DNA of 64,000 nucleotides from an uncultured candidate division Zixibacteria bacterium (GTDB lineage Bacteria > Zixibacteria > MSB-5A5 > GN15 > FEB-12), in assembly GCA_963735035.1 (NCBI GenBank), contig CAVTJJ010000003.1, forward strand, positions 160,001-224,000, in the 5' to 3' direction. Made by a program: the position numbers and the translations under genes. Under the pieces are notes generated by a model. It was not told the DNA's origin. It did not search any database and saw nothing but the letters and a program-made list of their open reading frames with translations. Positions 9,354 through 19,018 of the stretch are shown here, in pieces (within the stretch, counting starts at the first letter, position 1; each line of letters begins with the position of its first letter).

Positions 9354-9782
9354 TATGGCCAGAAATGGATCGCAGATCTTGCGACACGGCCCTGCCGGCG
9401 GCAGCGGTCTTATCTTTACAAAGGCATTGCGGCGCCAGGCTACAGCTTCGTCCTTTACCTGGTCGTCTCCCCCACCAGCTTCAATCATGTACCACTGATC
9501 CAGACAAATCCCCACATGTCCGGCTCGTCCCTGCCCATTCAGGAAGAAGACGAGGCAGCCCGCAACGGGGTCTTTGGCTTCGCAACTGAGAAAACGGTTC
9601 ATCAACCCGTCGGCCGAAAGATCGATATTCTCGATCAAACCGACCGAGCGAAGTGATTCTATTACCAGCCCAGAGCAATCGAATCCGGAAGGATCATCCC
9701 CGCCCCAGCGGTAAGGTGTCCCCAGATAAGCCAGAGCGGTTGTTACGAGCCAGTGACGGGCAGCATCTTGTCGATTTGTCAT
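9345..9782 (-). CDS. NlpC/P60 (C40) peptidase
   Basis: LGTPYRWGGDDPSGFDCSGL and GHVGI motifs. Confidence 0.9.
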   Translation of the reverse strand: MTNRQDAARHWLVTTALAYLGTPYRWGGDDPSGFDCSGLVIESLRSVGLIENIDLSADGLMNRFLSCEAKDPVAGCLVFFLNGQGRAGHVGICLDQWYMIEAGGGDDQVKDEAVAWRRNAFVKIRPLPPAGPCRKICDPFLAIKE

Positions 9783-9815
9783 GACAGTCTGAGCTGTCCT
9801 GGCATCACCGTCAGA

Positions 9816-10706
9816 TCAATTGGAATTCTGCTTTGATTCACTCCGGCGACGCTCGGCGACATAGACTCCGGTCAGGACCAAAAGTCCTCCAAGAGCCGTC
9901 ATCGGACCGAATTCCTCGTTAAGATACGGCACCGCCAGGACGGTCGTGGCCACCGGTTCAAGATAGAGGTAGATCCCTGCTCTGGCGGCGCCGACTCGCG
10001 CAACCCCTTCCTGCCAGAACCAGTGTCCCAACGCCAACCCCAGCAGGCCGAGAAAGAGAATTGACACGACCCCGTCGGCCGGCATGGAAAGTAATCTCGA
10101 CCAGTCGGATGCAAACGCCATATAGCCGAGCAGAATCACTGCCGGCGGCGCAAGAACTGCGACCGTAACGGCCAGTGGATTGCGGGAACGAGTGACATCG
10201 CGAATAACAATCGTGTACAGCGCCCAGGTATGTGCCGAGACCAGTATCAGCCAGTCACCGACCGAACTGAGCCAGGCGAAGCTGTTCAATCGCCCCTTGG
10301 ACATCAGGACTAGGATTCCAAACGAGGCGATGGCAATTCCGTAAAGGGCGTTGCGGCTGAGTCGTTCGTGGAGCACTAGATAGGCCAGCACGGCCATGAC
10401 CAAGGGGCTGACGGCTATGATCCAGCCGGTGTGCGTGGCTGAAGTATATTGTAGTCCGGTGATCTGGATGAGAAAATGCGCCGTGATTACCAGCGACCCG
10501 AGCAGAACCGCTTTCCACTCTTTCGGAGTGAATTCAAATTTGACCCGCTTTACGACGATTACCAGAAGCAGCAATGGCAGACCGATAAGACAGCGGAGCC
10601 CCAAGAGTTCGACCGGATTCAGATATTGCAGGCAGATACGGGTCGCGACGAAAGACCATCCCCAGACAATCACACAGACGAGCAGGTAGGTCGGCGCCAG
10701 ATTCAT
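9816..10706 (-). CDS. DMT/EamA family transporter
   Basis: VWGWSFVATR, about 10 TM segments, and LYLEPV. Confidence 0.9.
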   Translation of the reverse strand: MNLAPTYLLVCVIVWGWSFVATRICLQYLNPVELLGLRCLIGLPLLLLVIVVKRVKFEFTPKEWKAVLLGSLVITAHFLIQITGLQYTSATHTGWIIAVSPLVMAVLAYLVLHERLSRNALYGIAIASFGILVLMSKGRLNSFAWLSSVGDWLILVSAHTWALYTIVIRDVTRSRNPLAVTVAVLAPPAVILLGYMAFASDWSRLLSMPADGVVSILFLGLLGLALGHWFWQEGVARVGAARAGIYLYLEPVATTVLAVPYLNEEFGPMTALGGLLVLTGVYVAERRRSESKQNSN

Positions 10707-10773
10707 AGCCTATACAAACGATGGCGGCCCCGAAGCGCAACGGAAAAAGAGTCTTACCGGACGGTGATCCAAC

Positions 10774-10822
10774 GCGGCAGGTCACACGCCCCGCCGAAGC
10801 GGGTCGCAAGACCCGCCGCAAC
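10774..10822 (-). repeat. Dispersed nested palindrome (GTTG-GCGGC family)
   Basis: Inverted relative of 52602-52647 (GTTGCGGC(A/G)GGTC...GCGTGTGACCTGCCGC). Confidence 0.65.
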
Positions 10823-10942
10823 TTCACGCTCTATGTCTTCAACGGCCTGATCAGAGTATCCATCTGGGCAGCCAATGATATTAGTTGCCCCGCGACGAAA
10901 TCAGCGCCTAGTTCCTCTTCGGAAAAACCAAAGGAGCAATTG

Positions 10943-11407
10943 ATGGATTATCGCGATACCACCAGACGTCTCATCGCCACCCTGGCTTTCAGAACCCGCC
11001 ACGCCTTCCACGGCGCCCCGGTCGGGTTCGAGGATTTCGAAGCCGGGATGGATGTGCGGACGCCGCTTCAGATACTCAATCATATCAACGACTGCATTGC
11101 CCATACCGACGATGCCATTCACGGTCGCAAGCCCCGACGTCTCGAGTCGCTGCCTCTCATGGAAGCGCAGGAGACGTTTCATCTGGAGCTGACGCAACTG
11201 GACGAGACTCTCGCCCACGCGAAGCTACCGGACGACGACAAGTGCCTTCGACTGCTTCAGGGGCCGCTGAGTGATGCCATGACGCATGTCGGACAGATCG
11301 TAATGATGCGTCGATTGATGGGTTCACCGGTTTCGAGCGTGTCGTATTCCAAAGCGGATATTCGTACCGGCGAGGTCGGTCCGAAACAACCGCTGCCGAC
11401 TTCCTAG
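10943..11407 (+). CDS. DinB-like (four-helix) hypothetical protein
   Basis: RBS AAGGAG before ATG 10943; RTPLQILNHI and DAMTHVGQIVMMRRLMG motifs. The ORF track starts at 10721. Confidence 0.75.
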   Translation: MDYRDTTRRLIATLAFRTRHAFHGAPVGFEDFEAGMDVRTPLQILNHINDCIAHTDDAIHGRKPRRLESLPLMEAQETFHLELTQLDETLAHAKLPDDDKCLRLLQGPLSDAMTHVGQIVMMRRLMGSPVSSVSYSKADIRTGEVGPKQPLPTS

Positions 11408-11427
11408 TAGGTCAGGAGCCCTTAGGC

Positions 11428-12716
11428 TGTATAGTATCATGACATCCGTTACAGGTTGTGTCAAGACATGCGTTACAGTTTGACGGTATTATACCTTCTT
11501 AGCGAAGGAGGCGGATATGCCGTGGAAGGCGCAGAGTGTAATGGATGAGCGGATACGATTTGTGATGGAGGCGGACCGGTGCCAAGAGTCGATGTCAGGC
11601 CTGTGTCGGGAGTTTGGGATTAGTCGGCCTACCGGGTACCGGTGGTTATCGAGGTACCGGGAGACCGGGCGGGTGAGTGATCTTCGGGAACGATCTCGTC
11701 GGCCAAGTTGCAGCCCGCTACGGTCGGCAGAGGAGATCGTTGATCGAGTAGTGAGTTTACGGTTGGCGTACGACTGGGGAGCTCGTAAGCTGCAGGTTCT
11801 GTTGCGGGATGCCGGGGTCAAGGTAAGTGAGAGCACGATCAACCGTATTTTGAAGCGTCAGGGTTTGCAGCGTGAGCCGGAGGTTACCGGCCAGGCGACG
11901 ACACGATTTGAGCGGCAGACCCCTAATGAATTATGGCAGATGGACTTTAAGGGACTCAGCCAAGCGGTTGTAGGGCGGTGTTGTCCCTTGTCGATTATCG
12001 ATGACCACAGCCGGTATGCGGTTGGCCTGTATGCCCTCGGCGACCAATTGGGTGTGTCGGTTCACCAGTCGCTGGTGCAAACCTTCGAACGCTATGGAGT
12101 GCCACAGTCGGTGTTGATCGACCACGGAGTTCCGTGGTACAGTCCCAACGGTCACGGCCTGACATGGCTGGGGGTCGCGTTGATCAAGCAAGGCGTCCGG
12201 CTGCGCTTTAGCGGCCTGCGTCACCCCCAGACACAGGGGAAGGTGGAACGGTTCCACCGCACCTTGGGTGACCGGCTGCGCCATCGGGGCTATCCGTCGC
12301 TTCTGGCTGACTGGCAACAGACCTTCGATGATTTTGCCAAAGAGTATAACCATGTCCGGCCACATGAATCGCTCGACATGGCGGTACCCGCCTCTCGTTA
12401 CCAACCCAGCTCCCGACAGTATCAACCACAGCCGCCAGCCTGGGATTATCCCGCCGGTGCCATAGTCAGGCGACTCAATGTGAGAGGTCTGCTGTCATGG
12501 AAGAGCCGGTATTACTTTGTCAGCGAAGCTTTGGCCAAAGAAGACGTCGAGATCAACCCCTGTGCCGACACCCTGCTGATTCGCTACCGACACATGTGGA
12601 TTAGAGAAATTGACCTCAAAACAGGTCGTTCAGAGACTCTGATCGACAAAACCAGAAACCCTTATGTGTAACGGATGTCCTGACACACACTGTAACTCAA
12701 GTGTTGACACTGTACA
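11428..12716 (+). mobile_element. IS481-family insertion sequence
   Basis: 5'-TGT...ACA-3' ends with duplicated inner repeats (TGTCA(A/G)GACAT(G/C)CGTTACA); flanked by the direct repeat GCCCTTAGGC at 11418-11427 and 12717-12726. Confidence 0.92.
11517..12671 (+). CDS. IS481-family DDE transposase
   Basis: MPW start, HTH (LCREFGISRPTGYRWL), ELWQMDFKG, IDDHSR and PQTQGKVERFHRT; RBS AAGGAGG. Confidence 0.93.
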   Translation: MPWKAQSVMDERIRFVMEADRCQESMSGLCREFGISRPTGYRWLSRYRETGRVSDLRERSRRPSCSPLRSAEEIVDRVVSLRLAYDWGARKLQVLLRDAGVKVSESTINRILKRQGLQREPEVTGQATTRFERQTPNELWQMDFKGLSQAVVGRCCPLSIIDDHSRYAVGLYALGDQLGVSVHQSLVQTFERYGVPQSVLIDHGVPWYSPNGHGLTWLGVALIKQGVRLRFSGLRHPQTQGKVERFHRTLGDRLRHRGYPSLLADWQQTFDDFAKEYNHVRPHESLDMAVPASRYQPSSRQYQPQPPAWDYPAGAIVRRLNVRGLLSWKSRYYFVSEALAKEDVEINPCADTLLIRYRHMWIREIDLKTGRSETLIDKTRNPYV

Positions 12717-13030
12717 GCCCTTAGGCTCCTGACACTCATATCTTTGTTTGCCCTCGATGTCAGGAGCCTAAGGGCTCCTGACCTACTATCTGTGCGCGCG
12801 TTACAAAATAGCCGGGGACTTTTTCTCTCGTTCCAGCGTTTACAAGTAATATAGTTCTGTGCCGGTGTATGGTTTTCCAGACTATCGATAGCACCTGCTT
12901 TCGGCGATCCTGACCTCGTTACAATTCTCCCTGTTGTCAGAGTCACAGTTAGCGTCCATCGAGCGTCTTTCGATTCTACAAAGCGTCGGTTGACCCCCGC
13001 ACCGATTGGATTCATAGGAGGAGCAGATTA

Positions 13031-14065
13031 GTGAGCAAGTATTTGCAGGACAACATCACTGAGAACACCGATTTCCGGACAATCAACCGACAAATTGAGC
13101 CGTATCAACAACCCAGCCGTCTCAAGAGTATCTGGCAATTAGGCAATACGCTGATTTCATATGTGGCGCTCTGGGTGCTGATTTGGTTCACGATGGATTA
13201 TTCGATCTGGCTGGCCCTGCCGCTAATCCTGCTGGCGGCCGGATTTCTGGTGCGAATATTTATCATCTTTCATGACTGCGGCCACGGCTCGTTCTTCCGT
13301 ACGAAACGCGCCAATCGATTTTGGGGTGTCATCACCGGCGTGTTGACTTTCACACCGTATTACACCTGGCGAATGAATCATGCCCGGCATCATGGCACTT
13401 CCGGTAACCTGGATATGCGGGGTCATGGGGATGTCTGGACTATGACGGTCGATGAATATCGGAAAGCCTCATTGAGCACGCGCTTCAAGTATCGTATGTA
13501 CCGTAACCCGGCCGTGATGTTTCTCATGGGACCGCTCCTGTCTTTGCTTGTCGTCAACCGGATACCGCAGTCGGGCGCTGGGAGAAAAGATCGCCTCAGC
13601 ATTTACGGCACCGATGCCGGGATACTAGCGCTGGCTCTGACGCTGGTGTTTCTGCTGGGCTGGAAAGAGTACCTGTTCATTCAGTTTTCAATTCTGTACG
13701 TTGGCATGGTAGGTGGCATCTGGTTGTTTTACGTGCAACATCAGTTCGAAGGGGTCTATTGGGCCAACGAGAAAGAATGGGATTTCGTGCAGGCGTCGAT
13801 CAAGGGATCGTCGTATTACAAACTTCCGGTGGTGCTGCGCTGGTTCACCGGAAATATCGGATTTCATCATGTCCATCACTTGAGCCCGAGTATTCCCAAC
13901 TACAATCTTCCGCGATGCCACAAACGTTTGTCGATCATGCGACAGGCACCGACAATCGGTTTGTTCGCGAGTTTGAAGAGTCTGAAGTATCGTTTGTGGG
14001 ACGAGCGTAAGCGCGAGTTGGTGAGTTTCCGGAGAGTGCGAGAGTATGACACTACACAGCAGTAG
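13031..14065 (+). CDS. Membrane fatty acid desaturase (Bacillus Des-like)
   Basis: Three His boxes HDCGH, HARHH and HHVHH; GTG start after AGGAGG. Confidence 0.92.
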   Translation: MSKYLQDNITENTDFRTINRQIEPYQQPSRLKSIWQLGNTLISYVALWVLIWFTMDYSIWLALPLILLAAGFLVRIFIIFHDCGHGSFFRTKRANRFWGVITGVLTFTPYYTWRMNHARHHGTSGNLDMRGHGDVWTMTVDEYRKASLSTRFKYRMYRNPAVMFLMGPLLSLLVVNRIPQSGAGRKDRLSIYGTDAGILALALTLVFLLGWKEYLFIQFSILYVGMVGGIWLFYVQHQFEGVYWANEKEWDFVQASIKGSSYYKLPVVLRWFTGNIGFHHVHHLSPSIPNYNLPRCHKRLSIMRQAPTIGLFASLKSLKYRLWDERKRELVSFRRVREYDTTQQ

Positions 14066-14078
14066 GGTCAAATACAAG

Positions 14079-14401
14079 CCGGCAGATGTGGGCATCTGCC
14101 GGGCACGATGCAGGGGTGTAGAGAGCCCACCGCGGCGGGCCGCCCACAAACCCCTGTGTCAGGCGTCAAGTCCGCCTGACCTACGAATCTTCGCCATAGA
14201 GCGTGCGGTCAGGCGTCCCTGCCTGACTGCAGTAGATAATTGAGACGGCCGTCGGGCAGAGACGCCCGACGGCACACTTGAGTGTCAGGCGTCAAGTCCG
14301 CCTGACCTACTAATCTTCGTCATAGAGCGTGCGGTCAGGCGTCCCTGCCTGACTGCAGTAGATAATCGAGACGACCGTCGGGCAGAGACGCCCGACTGCA
14401 C
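14079..14401. repeat. REP mosaic with a 126-bp tandem duplication
   Basis: Units start at 14156 and 14282, each with one GTAG-type and two GTGC-type palindromes; preceded by CCGGCAGATG-TGGG-CATCTGCCGG-GCAC. Confidence 0.9.
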
Positions 14402-14605
14402 GTTTGAATTCCTATCTCCACACATATTGATGTAAGCAAATTTCAGCAACCGGGACGCGAAATTAACGTATTCCAAGAGATATGTCTGCTATATTCCTGC
14501 CCGGTCCAAGAGTCGGAAAATTGCGATGTGACGTTCAAACAAAATCCCGACCTGATTCGACTATAAATTAACTGAATGACATAAACCTCTCAAGGAGAAG
14601 GCTTA

Positions 14606-16669
14606 ATGAGCAGAAGCTTCAAAACAATAGCGGTCCTGGTCGCATTAGCGATTGTAGCGGTTCTGATTAGTTGTGGCACCAAAGTGACCGCAGAGGAAAC
14701 CGTCTCGACTACCAATATTCACGGCATCGACCGTAAGAATTTCGACACCACTGTCTCCCCATGTACCGATTTCTACAAGTATGCCAATGGCACCTGGATC
14801 AAGAACAACCCGGTTCCGAAAGAGTATGGTAGCTGGGGCACGTTTCATGAAGTGTTCGAGCGAAATAACAAGTTGCTCAAACAGATTCTCGAAGAAGTAG
14901 GCGCCGGAAATCCGGCCCAGGGAACCGTGGCGCAGAAGATCGGTGATTTCTACGCTACCGGCATGGACACGGCGGCCATCAATCGGACCGGGATCGGTCC
15001 GCTCAAAGCTGATTTCGAGCGGATTGACCGAATCGCTAATATCAAGGAGCTCTGCCAGGTAGTATCGGGTTTCCACGCCGAAGGCATGGACATGATATTC
15101 GATACCGATGCTTTCGAGGATCTCAAGAATTCCAGCATGACCAATCTGTACGCCACCCAGGGCGGACTGGGTTTGCCCGAGCGGGATTACTACACGCGAA
15201 CGGACAGTGTCTCAACTAAGCTTCGGGATCAGTACATTGAGCACATTACCAATATGTTCAAACTGTTGGGCGACGACTCCGCCTCTGCGGCAATCCACGC
15301 CAAGGCGGTGATGACGGTCGAAACTCGTTTGGCTGAAACCTCCTGGAATCAGACGCAGATGCGCGATTATCCGGCCTGGTATCGGGTCAAGGCGATTTCC
15401 GACGTCGAGAAGATCGCGCCGAACTACGACTGGGGGGGCTACATTCAGACTCTCGGTTTGGCCAACGTTGATTCGATCTCATTCGGGCCGGAGCAATTTT
15501 TCGAAGGCATGAACAAGGCTCTGACCGAATTGCCTCTGGACGACTGGAAGCAATACGTTCGCTGGCGCCTGATATCCATCAACGCCTTCTATGCGGGCGA
15601 ACAGTTCGATAAAGAGGACTTTCGTTTCTTTAGCACTATCCTGGGCGGTTCAAAGGAACGCCAGGAACGGTGGAAGCGAGTGCTTGGACCGATCGACAAC
15701 TATATGGGAGAAGCGCTCGGCCAGTTGTTTGTCGCGAAAGCTTTTCCCCCCGAGACCAAGACCAGGGCGCTCGAGATGGTCAACAATTTGAAGACGGCGC
15801 TTCGGGAAAGCATCGAAAACGCTGACTGGATGAGTGATTCGACTCGCGCGAAAGCTCTCGAGAAACTGGCCGCCTTCAAGACGAAGATTGGCTATCCCGA
15901 CAAGTGGCGCGACTACTCCGGTCTTCAGATCGGCAAGTCATCATTCATAGAAAACGCCAGGGCCGGGCGGACATTCGCAACGAAGTACACGCTTTCCAAA
16001 GTTGGCAAGGCACCGGATCGGACCGAATGGGGCATGAGTCCACAGACAGTGAATGCCGGATACAACCCGACGCAGAACGACATCACGTTCCCGGCCGGAA
16101 TACTTCAGCCGCCGCTTTTCGATGGAACGGTCGACGATGCGGTCAATTACGGCGCCATGGGAATTGTCATAGGGCATGAGATGACCCACGGATTCGACGA
16201 CAGCGGCCGACGGTTCGATAAAGACGGAAACATGAAAGACTGGTGGACACCGGAAGACAGCAAGCGTTACGAAGCGCGTTCCGCCAAGCTGGTGGAGCAG
16301 TTCAACGGCTACCATGTGGCTGACTCGGTGCAGGTCAACGGTGCCCTGACACTCGGTGAAAACATCGCCGACCTGGGCGGCCTCAGGTTGACGCTTCGCG
16401 CCCTGGAAGTCGCCACCCAGGGGAAAACCGATCCGATGATCGATGGCTTCACACAACAGCAGAGACTGTTCCTGTCGTACGCGCAGGTCTGGCGCACCAG
16501 CACCACTCCGGAAGCCGAGAAACTTCAGGTGCAGAGTGACCCGCACACGCCGGACCGGTTCCGGGTGCTGGGTCCGCTGGGTCATCTGGATGAATTCGAG
16601 AAGGCGTTCGGATGCAGCGATACCGACCCAATGATGCGTCCGAAATCGGAGCGCGTGAAGATCTGGTAG
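14606..16669 (+). CDS. M13 family (PepO/neprilysin-like) metallopeptidase, lipoprotein
   Basis: Lipobox LISC; DFYKYANGTW, VNAGY, HEMTHGFD and ENIADLGG motifs. Confidence 0.95.
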   Translation: MSRSFKTIAVLVALAIVAVLISCGTKVTAEETVSTTNIHGIDRKNFDTTVSPCTDFYKYANGTWIKNNPVPKEYGSWGTFHEVFERNNKLLKQILEEVGAGNPAQGTVAQKIGDFYATGMDTAAINRTGIGPLKADFERIDRIANIKELCQVVSGFHAEGMDMIFDTDAFEDLKNSSMTNLYATQGGLGLPERDYYTRTDSVSTKLRDQYIEHITNMFKLLGDDSASAAIHAKAVMTVETRLAETSWNQTQMRDYPAWYRVKAISDVEKIAPNYDWGGYIQTLGLANVDSISFGPEQFFEGMNKALTELPLDDWKQYVRWRLISINAFYAGEQFDKEDFRFFSTILGGSKERQERWKRVLGPIDNYMGEALGQLFVAKAFPPETKTRALEMVNNLKTALRESIENADWMSDSTRAKALEKLAAFKTKIGYPDKWRDYSGLQIGKSSFIENARAGRTFATKYTLSKVGKAPDRTEWGMSPQTVNAGYNPTQNDITFPAGILQPPLFDGTVDDAVNYGAMGIVIGHEMTHGFDDSGRRFDKDGNMKDWWTPEDSKRYEARSAKLVEQFNGYHVADSVQVNGALTLGENIADLGGLRLTLRALEVATQGKTDPMIDGFTQQQRLFLSYAQVWRTSTTPEAEKLQVQSDPHTPDRFRVLGPLGHLDEFEKAFGCSDTDPMMRPKSERVKIW

Positions 16670-16690
16670 ATCTGACCATTTCGAATACAT

Positions 16691-16720
16691 ACCCCCACCC
16701 GATTCCGGGCGGGGGTTTCT
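16691..16720 (+). terminator. Intrinsic terminator
   Basis: ACCCCCACCCG...CGGGCGGGGGT hairpin followed by TTCT, between convergent genes. Confidence 0.55.
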
Positions 16721-16731
16721 ATGTCGGCTTC

Positions 16732-18777
16732 TTACAGACCGGCTACACGCAACCCGGCCGGATAACGAACTTCATAGGGGATCGCTATCTTAACAATCTC
16801 TCCCGGCGCCAGGGTCAGAATCCAGCGAGGCATGTTAGCAGCGCTTTCAGGTGACGGCAAAGGGACAATCTTGCCGAGCTTGACTCTGACGCGACTATCA
16901 TTGGAAACCGGCAACGCTTCTTCGAGTTCGACGGTACGAGAAATCGAGTCGAGGTTGCTTAGTGTTATTTGGATCGTCTGACTCGTCTGGATATCGTCGT
17001 CTTTTGTCTCCCGAGTAAACCCGGCAACTTCTCTCTTGACCATGACACGATTGTCGACTCCAAATGGAAGTTCGAATTCCTCATTGGGGGCGATCAGTTG
17101 CTCGACCTGTGTGTGCCCCAGGAAGTGTGCTCCGACAAAGATGGCCACGCGCCCGGGCATGAGCGGTGCTCTGTCCTGATTTTGGAGCTTAATTATGCGA
17201 AACGCGCCTTGTCGATTCCTCGGGCGGGAGATGAGCTTGGTAGCGCCATCAAGATTCCAGTTGGCCACTGTCACCCGCGCCGCATCGCCGCCGGACGCGA
17301 TTGTCTCAGTGCCGCTGACCTGAAAGAGAACCGGATACGCCCCAACACCGACGACTGTGCTGGTCATCACAACTGACACTTCGTTAGCTCTGCCCCCGGG
17401 AGCATACACTTCACCGTCGGACGTCGTTCTGACCCTGCCGACCTGGGCGAGAAGATTGTCGATTGTTTGCACAGGACGCTGCTTGATGGATTCCTGTCCA
17501 ATCGTTACTCGAGAATCTACAACGAACTTGTCGCGGATATCCTGAGTTCCCTCAACCGTAATGGTCTTGTTCAGATCGGTGGCCCCCTTGTCATCCATCC
17601 GTTGACAGATTTCGGTCGTAGCTCCAATCGAAACGCCCACGTTCGTGACTTCAACCGTGGTGTATTCCACCGAGGATATCCGGAGCGTATAGATGCCCGG
17701 ATCGACCCGGAGGATCTGGAAATTCCCCTGATGATCGGTCATGGCTCCCTGGGTCGTACCGACGATTAGAATAGATGCGCCTATTATCGGTTCACCCGTC
17801 ACCGCACTGGTCAATCTTCCTCTTATTTGGCCGGTGGATCCGCCGTAATGTCTCGAGACTCCGTAGGACGCATCGCCCATATTCCACGGTGCGAGTTCTC
17901 CCGGTCCGGTTCCGAGTGACGGCTGCACGGTCGACAACTGCAGTTCGACCCCAGGCCAGTCTTCACCGGTCTTCTGGCTGACCTCGGCGCTGTAGGTAAA
18001 GTTGACAACATCCGGGTTATCGAGGATTCTGGCGTCGTACATCGGGCTCCAGGTCGCACCCGGCACCAGGTACTCCAGAGACATTGTCACTTCACCGGCT
18101 TGTTCCAGGTTTAGCTCGACGCTGACCGTCTTGGTTCTCCGCTGGTTGACCGTCGTCAGTTTCCTCAGCTCATCCCCTTTCAATCGGATGCGTGAATCTA
18201 TATTCGCCAGTTCCTGTTCGGACCGGCGCATGGAATCGCTGATGAGCGTTGTCTTTTCGCTGAGGAAGTTGTACGCCGTGGCCCACAGAGCGACGTTGAT
18301 TCCTTCCTTGGCGACTTTATCTATGGATTCATCCTCGTCAGAAAGAGGGCCGCGAGTGAGGGACGTTAGAAATTCCCGGAGCTTCTTCAACGCCTCTATA
18401 CGATCGACTACAACGTCCTTGTGATTTCTTATTAGGCTGTCCAGTTCATGAGTAAGTCCGGCTATCTTCGGCGAGGGGGACTCCAAATGCTCCTCGGTCG
18501 CGTACGATATTCCGTACAGCGTAATTCCGGGAATGCCTGATCCGGATACCTGAAAGGACGCATCCAGGGCTCCCCCCGGCAGATCTTCGAAGAGCACTAT
18601 GTGGTTTCCTGCTGTCAGGTTTAAGGAGCCAATCCGGGTGACTTGAGCCTGATCAGGATAGACCGTTACTTTCTTGATTGGCGCCTGCAGACTTTCTCTT
18701 GGGGCACCGGTGACTGATGCGACCAGAATGGCTATTCCGGTCACGATTGCGAATGCGGTGGAACGTCGCATAGCCAT
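16732..18777 (-). CDS. DUF4140/DUF4139 (MuiA-like) protein with an inserted carboxypeptidase-regulatory-like/plug segment
   Basis: IKKVTVYPDQAQVTR, W.P.YDAR, QKTGEDW and ELPFGVD motifs; RBS GGGAGG. The ORF track starts at 18801. Confidence 0.85.
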   Translation of the reverse strand: MAMRRSTAFAIVTGIAILVASVTGAPRESLQAPIKKVTVYPDQAQVTRIGSLNLTAGNHIVLFEDLPGGALDASFQVSGSGIPGITLYGISYATEEHLESPSPKIAGLTHELDSLIRNHKDVVVDRIEALKKLREFLTSLTRGPLSDEDESIDKVAKEGINVALWATAYNFLSEKTTLISDSMRRSEQELANIDSRIRLKGDELRKLTTVNQRRTKTVSVELNLEQAGEVTMSLEYLVPGATWSPMYDARILDNPDVVNFTYSAEVSQKTGEDWPGVELQLSTVQPSLGTGPGELAPWNMGDASYGVSRHYGGSTGQIRGRLTSAVTGEPIIGASILIVGTTQGAMTDHQGNFQILRVDPGIYTLRISSVEYTTVEVTNVGVSIGATTEICQRMDDKGATDLNKTITVEGTQDIRDKFVVDSRVTIGQESIKQRPVQTIDNLLAQVGRVRTTSDGEVYAPGGRANEVSVVMTSTVVGVGAYPVLFQVSGTETIASGGDAARVTVANWNLDGATKLISRPRNRQGAFRIIKLQNQDRAPLMPGRVAIFVGAHFLGHTQVEQLIAPNEEFELPFGVDNRVMVKREVAGFTRETKDDDIQTSQTIQITLSNLDSISRTVELEEALPVSNDSRVRVKLGKIVPLPSPESAANMPRWILTLAPGEIVKIAIPYEVRYPAGLRVAGL

Positions 18778-18940
18778 ACCTCCCTTGAAGTTGATACGCA
18801 ACCCGGCGGTGGGGTCATCGGGATCGGGCGAAGTGACGCGACATCACCCGGCCCTTCCTCCAACTCGTCATTCCCGGTCTTCTGAGAGGACTCTATTCAT
18901 AGTGACGAACATCTTCCCTCAACTGTGAAATCATGAAGCT

Positions 18941-18967
18941 GTCAGGCCCCGAGTTGGCCTGACCTAC
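18941..18967 (-). repeat. GTAG REP
   Basis: GTCAGGCC-CCGAGTT-GGCCTGAC-CTAC; near-identical copy at 19994-20020. Confidence 0.8.
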
Positions 18968-19018
18968 AAGACTGTGAAATCAGTTGAACCGATGGACGTC
19001 AAAGCACTATAAACAATC

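Larger units (their letters stand above)
11407..12786. repeat. Inverted REP doublet GTAG-GTCAGGAGCC-CTTA-GGCTCCTGAC, left copy split by the IS
   Basis: Left copy is 11407-11427 plus 12717-12733; intact inverted copy at 12759-12786. Confidence 0.85.

Noticed and set aside
10721..10942. N-terminal extension of the DinB-like ORF
   Set aside because: It runs through a dispersed palindrome, and a strong RBS precedes ATG 10943.
14435..14470. c-di-GMP-I riboswitch-like GCAAA...GGGACGCGAA
   Set aside because: No convincing P2 stem with a GNRA loop and no P3 or receptor.
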